Below, one piece after another: positions 39,301-48,864 of a DNA stretch of 64,000 nucleotides. Positions within the stretch are counted from its first letter, which is position 1, and each line of letters begins with the position of its first letter. The DNA is from a virus, in the IMG/VR virus record IMGVR_UViG_3300009103_000015, positions 1 through 64,000 of that record, one strand, 5' to 3'. Made by a program: the position numbers and the translations under genes. The notes under the pieces were generated by a model, which was not told the DNA's origin, ran no database searches, and was given only the letters and a program-made list of their open reading frames with translations.

Positions 39301-41337
39301 ATGGGTATTGTAAAAGCATTTGAAACTGCATTTCAAACTTTCAATAATTATCTAAGTAATATTACAAGAAAGAGAAACGCATCAATAGTCGGTCCGTCAA
39401 AACAGATTACAGGTGAATATCCACAGGTAGATTTTTCAAAGTTATATGATTATTATCATCATTGGGATCAGGTCAAAAAAGCAATAGATACAATGCATCA
39501 GAAATTTATGGGTGCTGGAATTAGAATTGAAATTGATGATGATTATTTACAAGAGTTTGTAGAGAAATGGATGGAAGTAGTAAACTTCCAAAAGAAGATG
39601 TCAGATTTCTTCTTGAATGTTATCGTCACAGGTAATGGAGTTCTAGAATTACAATACACAGATGAAAACAAACTTGGAAATATTGAAGTTATTCCAATGC
39701 AAACTATATGGAGAGTTTTCAGAGATGAATTTGGAAATGAAATCAAAATCGTTCAGAATATAGACGGTGTTTTCAAAGAATTAGATCCAGCAAACTATCT
39801 TCATTGGACAATCAATAATCCAGATAGACAGGCATTTGGAAAATCAGAATTTTTCACATTGGCAAGTCCAAGAACTGTTTCTGCAAAATTAGATCCAATC
39901 ACTGGAGAAGCAGTAAATGATGAACGTTCACTAATGGCTTTGTTAGATGCTCAAGCAGAACTTCAAAACGCAGAAGTTGAAATTAAAAAGTTAATGGCAA
40001 AACCTAGAATATTTGCTTCATTCCCAGCAATGCCACAAGATCAATTAAACAAATTACAAAAAGAATTACAAGATCCAAATACATCACAAACCATTTGGGC
40101 ATTTGATAGAGAAGCAAAAATGGTAGAAGCAAACGTATCTCCACAAGGAAAGTATAATGATTATGCACAGAACGTAGATGATCATATTGATATTGGAACT
40201 GGATTTGCTAGTAAAGTAATTAGAAGTCCACAGGGATTCAGTTATTCTTCAAGTCAAACTCCATTCGATGTCATGGATCAAAGAATGAATGATATGCAAT
40301 CTGATGCTAGAGAAATGATTCGTGATGATATACTAAGACCATTATTCAACTCTTGGGGATTCGAGGACTTTGATGATTATGATATTACAATTTCATTCAT
40401 GCCAAGTGTAAGAAGACTTGCTATGGAAGATATTAGAAATTTACCTTTAGATGCTGTATCTCCAGAAGAGAAAAGAGAACTTCTAAAGAACTTACATATT
40501 CCACTTAATGATGATTTGTGGGAAGAGTTTAATGCTAAGCAACAAGCAACAGGTTCGTTGACAGGCATTCAAGATTCAGGTCAAGGACAAGGACAGAAAG
40601 TTCCATTGACAAGTCCAAAGTCTGCAATATCTCCTATCGCTGGAAACCCAAGAACTCAAAGTGATGGTTCAACTAACTTAGATAAACCAGAACAAGCAGA
40701 TGCTCCAACTCCAAGTAGAACTGATGATAGACCTGTTCCAACAATCAAAAAGAAAACAGAATCATTTGATAATCATATACTAAGTAATCCAAAAGAATTT
40801 GAAGCTTATATTAAGAAAACAATCAGTGAGAGTATTAAGAAATCTATGGAAGATATTTCAACTCCTAGAAATAATTCATCTTGGAGAGGAGATGAAAAAC
40901 CAAAACCAGATCAGGAGAAAAAGAAATATGAATTGAGTCCTAAGATAAACACTAGTGATCTATATGTTTCAGGTGGTCTTAATGATGAAGATGGAAAACC
41001 ATCATTAACAGATCCTACAATAGAACAACATCTAAAAGATCAGTTAGGAAAACCAGATTCAATAATTCCAAAAGAAGAGAAAGAGAAGAAGGGTATAGAT
41101 GGAAAAACAATAGCATACAGAGGTAAGAACGCACCAAATCCAAACGACAATTATGACATAACTGGTCCTATTGATCCAAAGAGAGAAAAGACTGCTCCAG
41201 CTAATCCAGTTGGACAAGTTCCACAGAGTATGATAAAGAGAATTGAGAAAGAAATCCTAGACGGTGATCCAGAAAAGATTGACAAGTTGAGATCTCTATT
41301 GGAGACCGATGTTGGAGAAGAAGAAGAAAGAAGATAA
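39301..41337 (+). CDS. Portal protein with long disordered C-terminal extension
   Basis: VKKAID, IVTGNGVLE, YLHW....AFGKS, upstream of the capsid gene; ~270-aa P/K/D/E-rich tail. Confidence 0.8.
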   Translation: MGIVKAFETAFQTFNNYLSNITRKRNASIVGPSKQITGEYPQVDFSKLYDYYHHWDQVKKAIDTMHQKFMGAGIRIEIDDDYLQEFVEKWMEVVNFQKKMSDFFLNVIVTGNGVLELQYTDENKLGNIEVIPMQTIWRVFRDEFGNEIKIVQNIDGVFKELDPANYLHWTINNPDRQAFGKSEFFTLASPRTVSAKLDPITGEAVNDERSLMALLDAQAELQNAEVEIKKLMAKPRIFASFPAMPQDQLNKLQKELQDPNTSQTIWAFDREAKMVEANVSPQGKYNDYAQNVDDHIDIGTGFASKVIRSPQGFSYSSSQTPFDVMDQRMNDMQSDAREMIRDDILRPLFNSWGFEDFDDYDITISFMPSVRRLAMEDIRNLPLDAVSPEEKRELLKNLHIPLNDDLWEEFNAKQQATGSLTGIQDSGQGQGQKVPLTSPKSAISPIAGNPRTQSDGSTNLDKPEQADAPTPSRTDDRPVPTIKKKTESFDNHILSNPKEFEAYIKKTISESIKKSMEDISTPRNNSSWRGDEKPKPDQEKKKYELSPKINTSDLYVSGGLNDEDGKPSLTDPTIEQHLKDQLGKPDSIIPKEEKEKKGIDGKTIAYRGKNAPNPNDNYDITGPIDPKREKTAPANPVGQVPQSMIKRIEKEILDGDPEKIDKLRSLLETDVGEEEERR

Positions 41338-41545
41338 ATGGTGGAAAAGACCTCCTAGAAGTTCTAGAATCTGCTTAAGATGTGAGCATAAATACTCATC
41401 ACATATTGATGTTAGATGTTTGAAAATCGTAAGTAGAAAGCCTAGAGTTGAATGTGAATGTAGAGGTTTTATTGCTAATGAATACGAATTAGAATTAGCG
41501 AACAAGAGAGAAAAAAATGCTTTAAAAGGAGAAATCAATAAATAA
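41309..41545 (+). CDS. Small Cys/His Zn-binding protein
   Basis: CLRCEH...H...C....CEC. Confidence 0.5.
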   Translation: MLEKKKKEDKWWKRPPRSSRICLRCEHKYSSHIDVRCLKIVSRKPRVECECRGFIANEYELELANKREKNALKGEINK

Positions 41546-41553
41546 TCATAGTC

Positions 41554-44304
41554 ATGACTTTGAAAAAACGTGTCACAGAATACTTTGATGATGAAGACCT
41601 GAAAAGTATTAACTCTAAAGAAGTGAATCCAGATGAGAAAGAATGTGAGAGTTGTGGTTTCAAAACAGCAGATAATGAAGAATTTGAAGACCATTTACAA
41701 TCTCATAAGGATATTTCAGATGAGTTTTGGAATAACAATTATAATAATTTTGTAAATTATCAACTAGCAAATCTTAAGAAGAAAACAGGAACTGAAAGTG
41801 TTGATCTTCTCATGGGAAAGATTTCAGCACAAGAAGGTAAGAAAATCAAAGGAACTCTAGCTTATGCTGGTGTTTCATTAAACAACAGATTATATCTTCC
41901 AGAACAATTAGCAAAAGGCGATGGTCAAACATTACCACTTATAGTAAATCATGCTTCAACTTCAGGTGCTGAAGGAGAACTTCATAGACTTCCAGATACA
42001 TTTAGAGAAGGATTAGTAAATGGAAAAGAAATGAAAGTAGGAACTGTTAAACTTAATTGGGATCCAGAAGCATTAACATTGTATTATTCAGGAGAAGTAG
42101 ATGATGAGTTTTTCCAAAAAGAAATTGGAGAAGCTGATATGGCAGTATCTCTAGGAATGTATTATGATGCAAACTCGCCTCAAGTTTGTGATAAAGAATG
42201 TTATACAGTCATAAAAGGTGGAGAATTTTCTGAAGTTTCATTGGTCTATCATGCAGGTTTTCCAATAGCAACTATTGAAGCAAATGAAGCTGTTCTAAGA
42301 AAGAAAGGTATGGAAGCATTAAAGTTTTCAAGAACTGAAGATCCATTACCTTGTTCAAAGAAATCTGAAGAAGCACTCGGTCCTCACAGTCCAGAATATG
42401 ATCAGGTCATCAATGATCCTAATGAAAATCCAACAACTTCAGGTAGAGGAGTAGGAAATATTCAACCTGAAACTAGAGTAGCTCAAAGAAGAATGGATGA
42501 AAATGAAATTGGAGTCACATCATCTAATGATTTGGAAAAATCAAAAGAAGAAGTTTCTGGTCCACCAACTTCTACAACACCAACAGTTATTCGTGAAAAA
42601 AATACATATAAAGAGAGTTTAAATAGTAAGAACAAGATTATGTCTGACGAAATTGACAAAAACGAAATATCAGCCGAACCAAAAGCTGAAAACACAGAAA
42701 CCGAAGAAGAAGAAATAAAATCTAAAGATGCAGAATCACAAGCATCTGGAACTTTTTCTGATGGTGGCGGTGCTCAATGCGAAGACCAAGGTAAAATTTG
42801 GGATGCAGAGACCGAGAAATGTGTTGATGTAAACGGTTCAGTTCAAAAGGAAGTCCCTTCTGGCGTTAAGACTAACGTTTCAGATGGTGGCAAGTCAGGA
42901 GAAAACAGAAGAGTTAGACCAACATCTTATCGTAGAAGTTCTGTTCCAAACGCAGATATTGCTTCAGAAAAACGAAGAGTAAAAGAATATTACAAGAAAT
43001 TGGATAGACTTGAAGCTCTACGTGGTATGAAAGTATCAGAAGCAAGAATCAAAGCAAAAGAACAATACTTGAAAGAAAAACGATTAGATAGTTTAATTCG
43101 TGGTGCTAAAGAAAGTGCAAGACCAAAAGCTATTGTAAGTCGCAAGACAGCAAAAGCTGGTGAAGCATTTGGCAAAGTAAAAGCTGACGAGAAAGAAGTC
43201 ACTGGTCCAGCAAGATGGTATCAAGCCATCAAGAACGAAGAGAACGTTCCAAATTCATTTATCTGGCACGTTAACAAACAAGGAATCTTCGAGAACAGTG
43301 ATCAACGTTTCATCAAATCTTACGATGCTAACGAAAACACCCAATATGCTCCTTTGACATCAGACCAAAAGAAAGCTTCCGAAGCAGTGACTGGTCCAGC
43401 AGGTAATGATTTCATGAGAATCATGTCCGAGCAGGTTCTAGTATTGCCAAACGGAAAAGTAGTCACACCAATTCGTCAATTCTGTGAAACCAAAGTGTTG
43501 CCAACAGGCACAAAAGAAGCATTCTTCTATGACTTTGGTGCAGTAGGATTCAGCGACATCACTGAAGATGGTTCAACAGTTGTTGGAGAATCTGCAGTTG
43601 TTGTTAGATCTGCTGGTGGTCCAGCAGGTGCTAGAGGAACAAAACTCATTCTAGGTTATACTCAAATTGAGGAAAGCCCAATCGATTTGATTGCAAGTGC
43701 AAACAGATCATTCGCATTAGAATCAGTAAACGATGAATCAAAAGAAGTTGTAAACGTATCATACAACACAGATTCAGGTTCCGCAGGCGATGCTACAAAC
43801 AGAAAAGCAGTTGGTGGTGGTTCAAAAGCAAACAGATGGGTATCTCACAGTGGTTCACAAATCACAGCAGATGCATCTGGTCTTGGAAACTTAACTTTCG
43901 CTGGATTAGTTTCAGCAAAAGGAGTTATCGAAGATGAAGGTCTTGATCCTAGCAACTTAGTCACATACACAACAGGAAAAGCAATTCGTGATCTTGTATT
44001 TGATCCAGATCTCGATAGTTTCATATCCTTTAGTCGTCCAGCAATCATTACAGAAGCAACTGTCGAAAGAATCGCAGGAACTAATGTAGTAAGATCTTCT
44101 GCTTTAGCAAGTGGATCACAATCTGGATCTAGCAGATCCGTAATGTTTGTTCCAAACATTGCATTCGGCTTGATTTCAGGAAGAGATCTAACTATGGAAG
44201 CACAAAGAAGAAATGAGCTCCAATCAATTTTCTTGACTGGAACACAGAGGATTGCAGGATTCACAAAGAACGTGGAAGCAACCTGTCGTATATCTCACTT
44301 ATAG
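41554..44304 (+). CDS. Fused C2H2 finger - prohead protease - scaffold - HK97-fold major capsid protein
   Basis: CESC..HLQSH; protease-like motifs GVSLNNRLY, LIVNH, VSLG, FSEVSLV; charged linker; C-terminal ~306 aa with ERIAGTNVV and LISGRDLTMEAQR...TQRIAG. Confidence 0.8.
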   Translation: MTLKKRVTEYFDDEDLKSINSKEVNPDEKECESCGFKTADNEEFEDHLQSHKDISDEFWNNNYNNFVNYQLANLKKKTGTESVDLLMGKISAQEGKKIKGTLAYAGVSLNNRLYLPEQLAKGDGQTLPLIVNHASTSGAEGELHRLPDTFREGLVNGKEMKVGTVKLNWDPEALTLYYSGEVDDEFFQKEIGEADMAVSLGMYYDANSPQVCDKECYTVIKGGEFSEVSLVYHAGFPIATIEANEAVLRKKGMEALKFSRTEDPLPCSKKSEEALGPHSPEYDQVINDPNENPTTSGRGVGNIQPETRVAQRRMDENEIGVTSSNDLEKSKEEVSGPPTSTTPTVIREKNTYKESLNSKNKIMSDEIDKNEISAEPKAENTETEEEEIKSKDAESQASGTFSDGGGAQCEDQGKIWDAETEKCVDVNGSVQKEVPSGVKTNVSDGGKSGENRRVRPTSYRRSSVPNADIASEKRRVKEYYKKLDRLEALRGMKVSEARIKAKEQYLKEKRLDSLIRGAKESARPKAIVSRKTAKAGEAFGKVKADEKEVTGPARWYQAIKNEENVPNSFIWHVNKQGIFENSDQRFIKSYDANENTQYAPLTSDQKKASEAVTGPAGNDFMRIMSEQVLVLPNGKVVTPIRQFCETKVLPTGTKEAFFYDFGAVGFSDITEDGSTVVGESAVVVRSAGGPAGARGTKLILGYTQIEESPIDLIASANRSFALESVNDESKEVVNVSYNTDSGSAGDATNRKAVGGGSKANRWVSHSGSQITADASGLGNLTFAGLVSAKGVIEDEGLDPSNLVTYTTGKAIRDLVFDPDLDSFISFSRPAIITEATVERIAGTNVVRSSALASGSQSGSSRSVMFVPNIAFGLISGRDLTMEAQRRNELQSIFLTGTQRIAGFTKNVEATCRISHL

Positions 44305-44316
44305 GCTTAGAAAACT

Positions 44317-44345
44317 CATGGATAAAACCATGTTTCCCTTTTTTT
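44317..44345 (+). terminator. Short hairpin plus T-run after the capsid gene
   Basis: catgg-ataaaa-ccatg followed by tttcccttttttt. Confidence 0.5.
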
Positions 44346-44378
44346 ATATTTTTAAACAAGCAAGAGTGATAGTATAAT

Positions 44379-45023
44379 ATGTCACACTATGCAAGTTTAT
44401 CAATGGTAAAAGAAAAACTTAGAATACCAGCTTCTGATTCTTCAATAGATGATGAACTTAATATTTACATAGATGAAGTAGATGCTTACATAGATCGTAT
44501 ATTATTAGAAAGATTCGGAAAAACAGATGAATATGGTTATTCTATATCACTTCCATTAACTAGTTCAACAAGACCAGCTTTAACTTTTAGTTTGAAAGTG
44601 GTAGCATCAGATCTTGTAGAAGGTAAATTCAGATTGAAAACAACAGAAGAAAACGCATTATGGATGGAAGCAAATCAACAACTAGAGAAATATATCTTAG
44701 AAACTTTTGGATGGAATGAAGGTCATGGATTTAGAAGAGATCCAACAATTACAATAAGTCCTACGAATGGTAGTGCTGGTTCTACAATAACTATGACTGG
44801 AAAAGACTTCAAACCAAGAGGTGAAATATCAATTAAAATTGTAGATAAGAATGGAAATGGAGTAGCACAAACAACATCTCCAGCAGTAGTTCTAACAGAT
44901 GATAATGGAGATTTTAGTGGTGTCACATTTGCAACTGCCACAACAGATGCAGTTGGTTCTTATGAGATAGTAGCACATGATAAAGTTAATCATGTCATAA
45001 GAAATTTTACGGTGACTTCATAA
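44379..45023 (+). CDS. Head-tail adaptor with C-terminal Ig-like domain
   Basis: YASLSMVKEKL...D.EL..YI..V.AYID (adaptor-like) plus PTITISPTNG.AG.TITMTG.DF. Confidence 0.7.
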   Translation: MSHYASLSMVKEKLRIPASDSSIDDELNIYIDEVDAYIDRILLERFGKTDEYGYSISLPLTSSTRPALTFSLKVVASDLVEGKFRLKTTEENALWMEANQQLEKYILETFGWNEGHGFRRDPTITISPTNGSAGSTITMTGKDFKPRGEISIKIVDKNGNGVAQTTSPAVVLTDDNGDFSGVTFATATTDAVGSYEIVAHDKVNHVIRNFTVTS

Positions 45024-45241
45024 TGAATAAGTTTTGGATAGTTCCAGCAATTATCATAGTTGGTTTAATTTCATTTGTTTTTGTTTCAGATTATACTCCT
45101 AACATGAATAATTCTTTTGAATCTACATTAGGAAATCAACCTATTAGTGAATCAGAATATCCTAGTTGGGTAGATGAAGGATGCCACCCAGCAATATCTA
45201 TCAACGGAACATTCTATCAGGTGTGTAATCATGGCAAGTAA
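45023..45241 (+). CDS. Small membrane-anchored protein
   Basis: N-terminal TM; C-terminal Cys pair. Confidence 0.5.
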   Translation: MNKFWIVPAIIIVGLISFVFVSDYTPNMNNSFESTLGNQPISESEYPSWVDEGCHPAISINGTFYQVCNHGK

Positions 45242-45995
45242 AACTGCGAGTGATATTAAGACAACCTTAGAATCACAAACATACCCATATCCATTAAGAA
45301 TCTATACAACTAGACAAAAATTTCCAATCTATCCATACGTTGAAATCATAAAAGAACCACAAGGTTCAGATGAAAGTATAACTGATATAACAAAAAATGA
45401 TGGATTTAAAATAACACTTTTCGTTAGATACATAAGAGATTTTGATACAGAAGAAGCAAATCAAACTACAATAGAAAACACAATACTTTCAGCTTTAGAA
45501 GGACAAGATTTCGGAACTGCAAAACTGTATTCAGAAACAAAAACATGGTCAAGACAACCAATGCAAAAACCATTCGGAAGTCAATCTGTAATAACAATTA
45601 GAATTGTAGATAGAGCATCAAAATCTGGAAGTGGTGTTTTAGGTTCTGAAATGACTATGATGATAGGTAGAGGTTCAACCAATACTGTAATCACTTTACT
45701 TTCTATCAAAGAAGATATTGGTCCACAGATTGCATCGCATTATGATGATGAAAGAAAAAGATATCCTGACCCTGATAATTTCAATGAAGGAACATTTACT
45801 ATGGAATATGAAAATACAAGTTCATTAGAAACTGAAATAGATGGATATAGAGATTCAGGAAATAGTATTGCTTGTAGATTTGTAAAAAAGAATGTAAATA
45901 AAGACTTCAATGCTGTATTTGGAGCAACATCTAGAACAGGTCAATATGATAAAGTGGAACGTGCTGTGACTACGATATACCTTGTTCCTTCATAA
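45231..45995 (+). CDS. Tail completion/terminator-like protein, possibly fused to a tube-like domain
   Basis: Position; YPYVEI N-domain; C-domain GTFTMEY...FNAVF...G.YDKV...TTIYL; start re-assigned from 45174. Confidence 0.45.
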   Translation: MASKTASDIKTTLESQTYPYPLRIYTTRQKFPIYPYVEIIKEPQGSDESITDITKNDGFKITLFVRYIRDFDTEEANQTTIENTILSALEGQDFGTAKLYSETKTWSRQPMQKPFGSQSVITIRIVDRASKSGSGVLGSEMTMMIGRGSTNTVITLLSIKEDIGPQIASHYDDERKRYPDPDNFNEGTFTMEYENTSSLETEIDGYRDSGNSIACRFVKKNVNKDFNAVFGATSRTGQYDKVERAVTTIYLVPS

Positions 45996-46033
45996 AAATA
46001 TATTTTTAAAGCAAGAACAATGATTACTAGTGT

Positions 46034-46585
46034 ATGACTGATTATAATTGGAATAGTCCATCGCTAAGAACTAGAAAGTATAAAGGATATATTCAATTTT
46101 CAAATCCAGAAACACCAGCAGATTTCTATCGTTTGAAAGAAAGACAGTCATTAAACATAACATTCACATTTAATCTAACATCACATTATGATGATGCAGG
46201 TCTAAAATTTATGGATCCAAATGGTCATAACCATACATTTTCAACAACAATAAAACTAACATCAGATATGATAGATGATGCTTCAAGCGATTGGGATTCA
46301 TCTGCTACCAGTCCTAAAACAGCAGAAGGAACTTCATTATCATATTGGATTGAAAGATTACAAAGATATGAACCTGTTCTAATGACATTCGTGACAACAT
46401 CAGAAGCTTTGATTGGTCCTAACCACTCAACCATTGGTGGAGATAATGAATCTGAAAAAATGATTAAGATTAAATTCAAAGGTCAACCATCAGGTTTCAC
46501 TATTGATATGGGAACAGATGCAACTCAAAGTGTTCAGATTCAAGGAACTATCACAGACATAGTTCATATAAAACGAACTGCTTAG
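46034..46585 (+). CDS. Putative tail tube-like protein
   Basis: Beta-rich; FKGQPSGFTID....VQIQGTI; position in tail module. Confidence 0.4.
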   Translation: MTDYNWNSPSLRTRKYKGYIQFSNPETPADFYRLKERQSLNITFTFNLTSHYDDAGLKFMDPNGHNHTFSTTIKLTSDMIDDASSDWDSSATSPKTAEGTSLSYWIERLQRYEPVLMTFVTTSEALIGPNHSTIGGDNESEKMIKIKFKGQPSGFTIDMGTDATQSVQIQGTITDIVHIKRTA

Positions 46586-46595
46586 GAGATTAATT

Positions 46596-46781
46596 TTGTC
46601 GCAAGATGTATCTCTCAACGAGATTGATTATGGTAATATCATAAGATGGTTTGAATTAGCATTTGCAAAAACCAACAAACAAAGTGCTTCTGATAGAAAT
46701 ACATTTACTAAGTTGAGTGCTATGGCTTTAGGTTTTGCAGATGAAAAGATGAGAGATAAAACTGATGGAGATGAAATTTAA
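46596..46781 (+). CDS. Hypothetical protein
   Basis: 61 aa, coupled to the next gene. Confidence 0.5.
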   Translation: MSQDVSLNEIDYGNIIRWFELAFAKTNKQSASDRNTFTKLSAMALGFADEKMRDKTDGDEI

Positions 46782-47431
46782 TGGCAAACATAATGGGACA
46801 GACTTTAGATGCTACTGTTGATGATATAGAAGAGATGTTAGATTTTTTAGAAACAAGAGAAGTAGCAGTTGAGAAATTTGGTTTTGAATGGGAAGATTTT
46901 ATTCACAAGAAAACAACTGAAATAATCAATGAAGAAATAGTAGAAACAATAAAATGGAAAATGAAAATGTGGAAATACTCTCCAAAGATAATAGAAGCAA
47001 CATATTTAGATAAAGTAATTGTTAGAGGTAGAGGAGTTTCAGCTTACATAAAATCAGATTATATTTCAAAATCAGGTTTTCCAGTATCGGTTGCTAGAGA
47101 ATACGGAACAAAGAAACATTGGATTGAACCAAAAAGCACAGGTCAAACTTTCAAAATGGTTTGGAATACAAGCACTAAAGCTGGTTCTCCTTTAGCGAAA
47201 GCAAGAAGACATGGATATACATCATCTGCAAAAATGGTAAGAATACCACAACCAAAACCTGTATCATTACATTGGAAGAAGGGTGGAAAGAGTTTCTTTT
47301 CAAAAGGTCATTATGTATCTGGTATTAGAGCATTAAAATTAATCAATGGAACAATAAAAGAAAAAAGAAGAATAGTCAAAGAAAGACTAAAAGCTGAAAC
47401 TAAGGCGTGGATAGATGATCTTCTATCCTAA
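46781..47431 (+). CDS. HK97 gp10-like neck/tail protein
   Basis: EYGTKKHWIEPK...LHW...FFSKGHYVSG. Confidence 0.55.
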   Translation: MANIMGQTLDATVDDIEEMLDFLETREVAVEKFGFEWEDFIHKKTTEIINEEIVETIKWKMKMWKYSPKIIEATYLDKVIVRGRGVSAYIKSDYISKSGFPVSVAREYGTKKHWIEPKSTGQTFKMVWNTSTKAGSPLAKARRHGYTSSAKMVRIPQPKPVSLHWKKGGKSFFSKGHYVSGIRALKLINGTIKEKRRIVKERLKAETKAWIDDLLS

Positions 47432-47464
47432 AAGATTTTTAACAATGGTATGGTGTAAATAAAC

Positions 47465-48313
47465 ATGGCTGATGATGATATTATAGAAGAGGAAATCAAT
47501 CTAGATAATGTAGTAAATGAAAGAACCTACAAGAAAGCTATGGATGTAATTCATGGTGTCAAAAAAGAAACCAAAGCATTAAAGAAAGCAACTAAGGAAT
47601 TAAAAGAAGTCACGAAATCACAAAATCTAACTGGAAGTGGAAGTATGGATTTTGGTGCTTTTGGAGATCCAGATCAAGCAACATTACCAAAAGGAAAAAC
47701 AGAACAACCAATAGGTTTAGCTGAAGGATTAACAGGTGGTGGAGCTCGTGATATTTCTAGAGGAAACAAATGGAAACAAATGGTAGAAGATATAGAAAGA
47801 TTGAAAGCTGAAAGAGAATTAGCTGAACAAGAAAGACAAGCAAATACTTACAGATCAATAGAAAATCAAACAGAAAATGAATTACAAGGTATGCAATTAA
47901 GATCAATACAAGCTCAAATGGCAGGCATTAGAGCTCAAGCTCAAGCTGGATTGGGTATGGCAGGGAAAGGACTTGGAATAATAAAGAATCCATTAGGTTC
48001 AATGCAAAATATGTTAATGGGTGTAGCTGGAAAATTCTTTCCTGTAATGATGGCAATAACAGTAGCAACAACAGTATATAGTATGGTTGTCGCACAATTT
48101 GGTGATGGTGGATTATTTGATGTTAGAAAATTAGTGACAGATCAGGTGAAAGAATATTTTGATTTAGAGTTCGTTAACCAAGTTAATAGAGGAGAAGTTT
48201 TCTTTGGATTTGGTGCAGAAGCAGTCTCACAAGGAATTGGAACTAGTGGTAGCAATACGAGAGATAAGAGTTATGCTCATCTCACAGATAGACCACAGTT
48301 TCAGGGATTATAA
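47465..48313 (+). CDS. Short tape-measure-like protein
   Basis: Coiled coil plus Ala/Gly/Met-rich hydrophobic segment, upstream of Dit/hub-like genes. Confidence 0.5.
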   Translation: MADDDIIEEEINLDNVVNERTYKKAMDVIHGVKKETKALKKATKELKEVTKSQNLTGSGSMDFGAFGDPDQATLPKGKTEQPIGLAEGLTGGGARDISRGNKWKQMVEDIERLKAERELAEQERQANTYRSIENQTENELQGMQLRSIQAQMAGIRAQAQAGLGMAGKGLGIIKNPLGSMQNMLMGVAGKFFPVMMAITVATTVYSMVVAQFGDGGLFDVRKLVTDQVKEYFDLEFVNQVNRGEVFFGFGAEAVSQGIGTSGSNTRDKSYAHLTDRPQFQGL

Positions 48314-48315
48314 TC

Positions 48316-48864
48316 ATGGCAAACGCAGTTTTATTTTGGAGAAGCGATAGCACTTTGACAACAAGTGTTGCTAGTCTAATATCAGCAGATTCTTCAAAAA
48401 GCATAGCTAATCAACAATGTTTAGAATATGATGCTCCAGATAATATATTGGAAGCAGTTCAAGAAACTTATGGAAATAGAATTAATGAACAGGTTTCAGT
48501 AAATTCAGAAGGTAATAGACAGATATTCATTCGTGATGATGGACTTGCAACAAGATCAATAACAATACAGGGAATAATAAGAAAAGAATCAACAGATATT
48601 ACAAAGTTAAAACATTTCAGAATATTACAACAGACTACAACAAACTTAGTTCATGGTAGATTTGGAATTAGAATAGGAAATGCAACTCATTATCAAATAG
48701 ATCCAAGAAAAGATAATTACGATGGTTCAGGTGCTATTGGTAGAGGACTTATGATTAAAGACATGACAATAGGATATTCAGGTCAAGAGAAAACAAGATA
48801 CGCTTTTAGAATAACTCTTGCTTTTGGTGGAAGACACATAGCAGATGAATCAGGTAATATCTAA
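48316..48864 (+). CDS. Distal tail (Dit)-like protein
   Basis: G...RSITIQG...YAFRITL; position after TMP-like gene. Confidence 0.45.
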   Translation: MANAVLFWRSDSTLTTSVASLISADSSKSIANQQCLEYDAPDNILEAVQETYGNRINEQVSVNSEGNRQIFIRDDGLATRSITIQGIIRKESTDITKLKHFRILQQTTTNLVHGRFGIRIGNATHYQIDPRKDNYDGSGAIGRGLMIKDMTIGYSGQEKTRYAFRITLAFGGRHIADESGNI

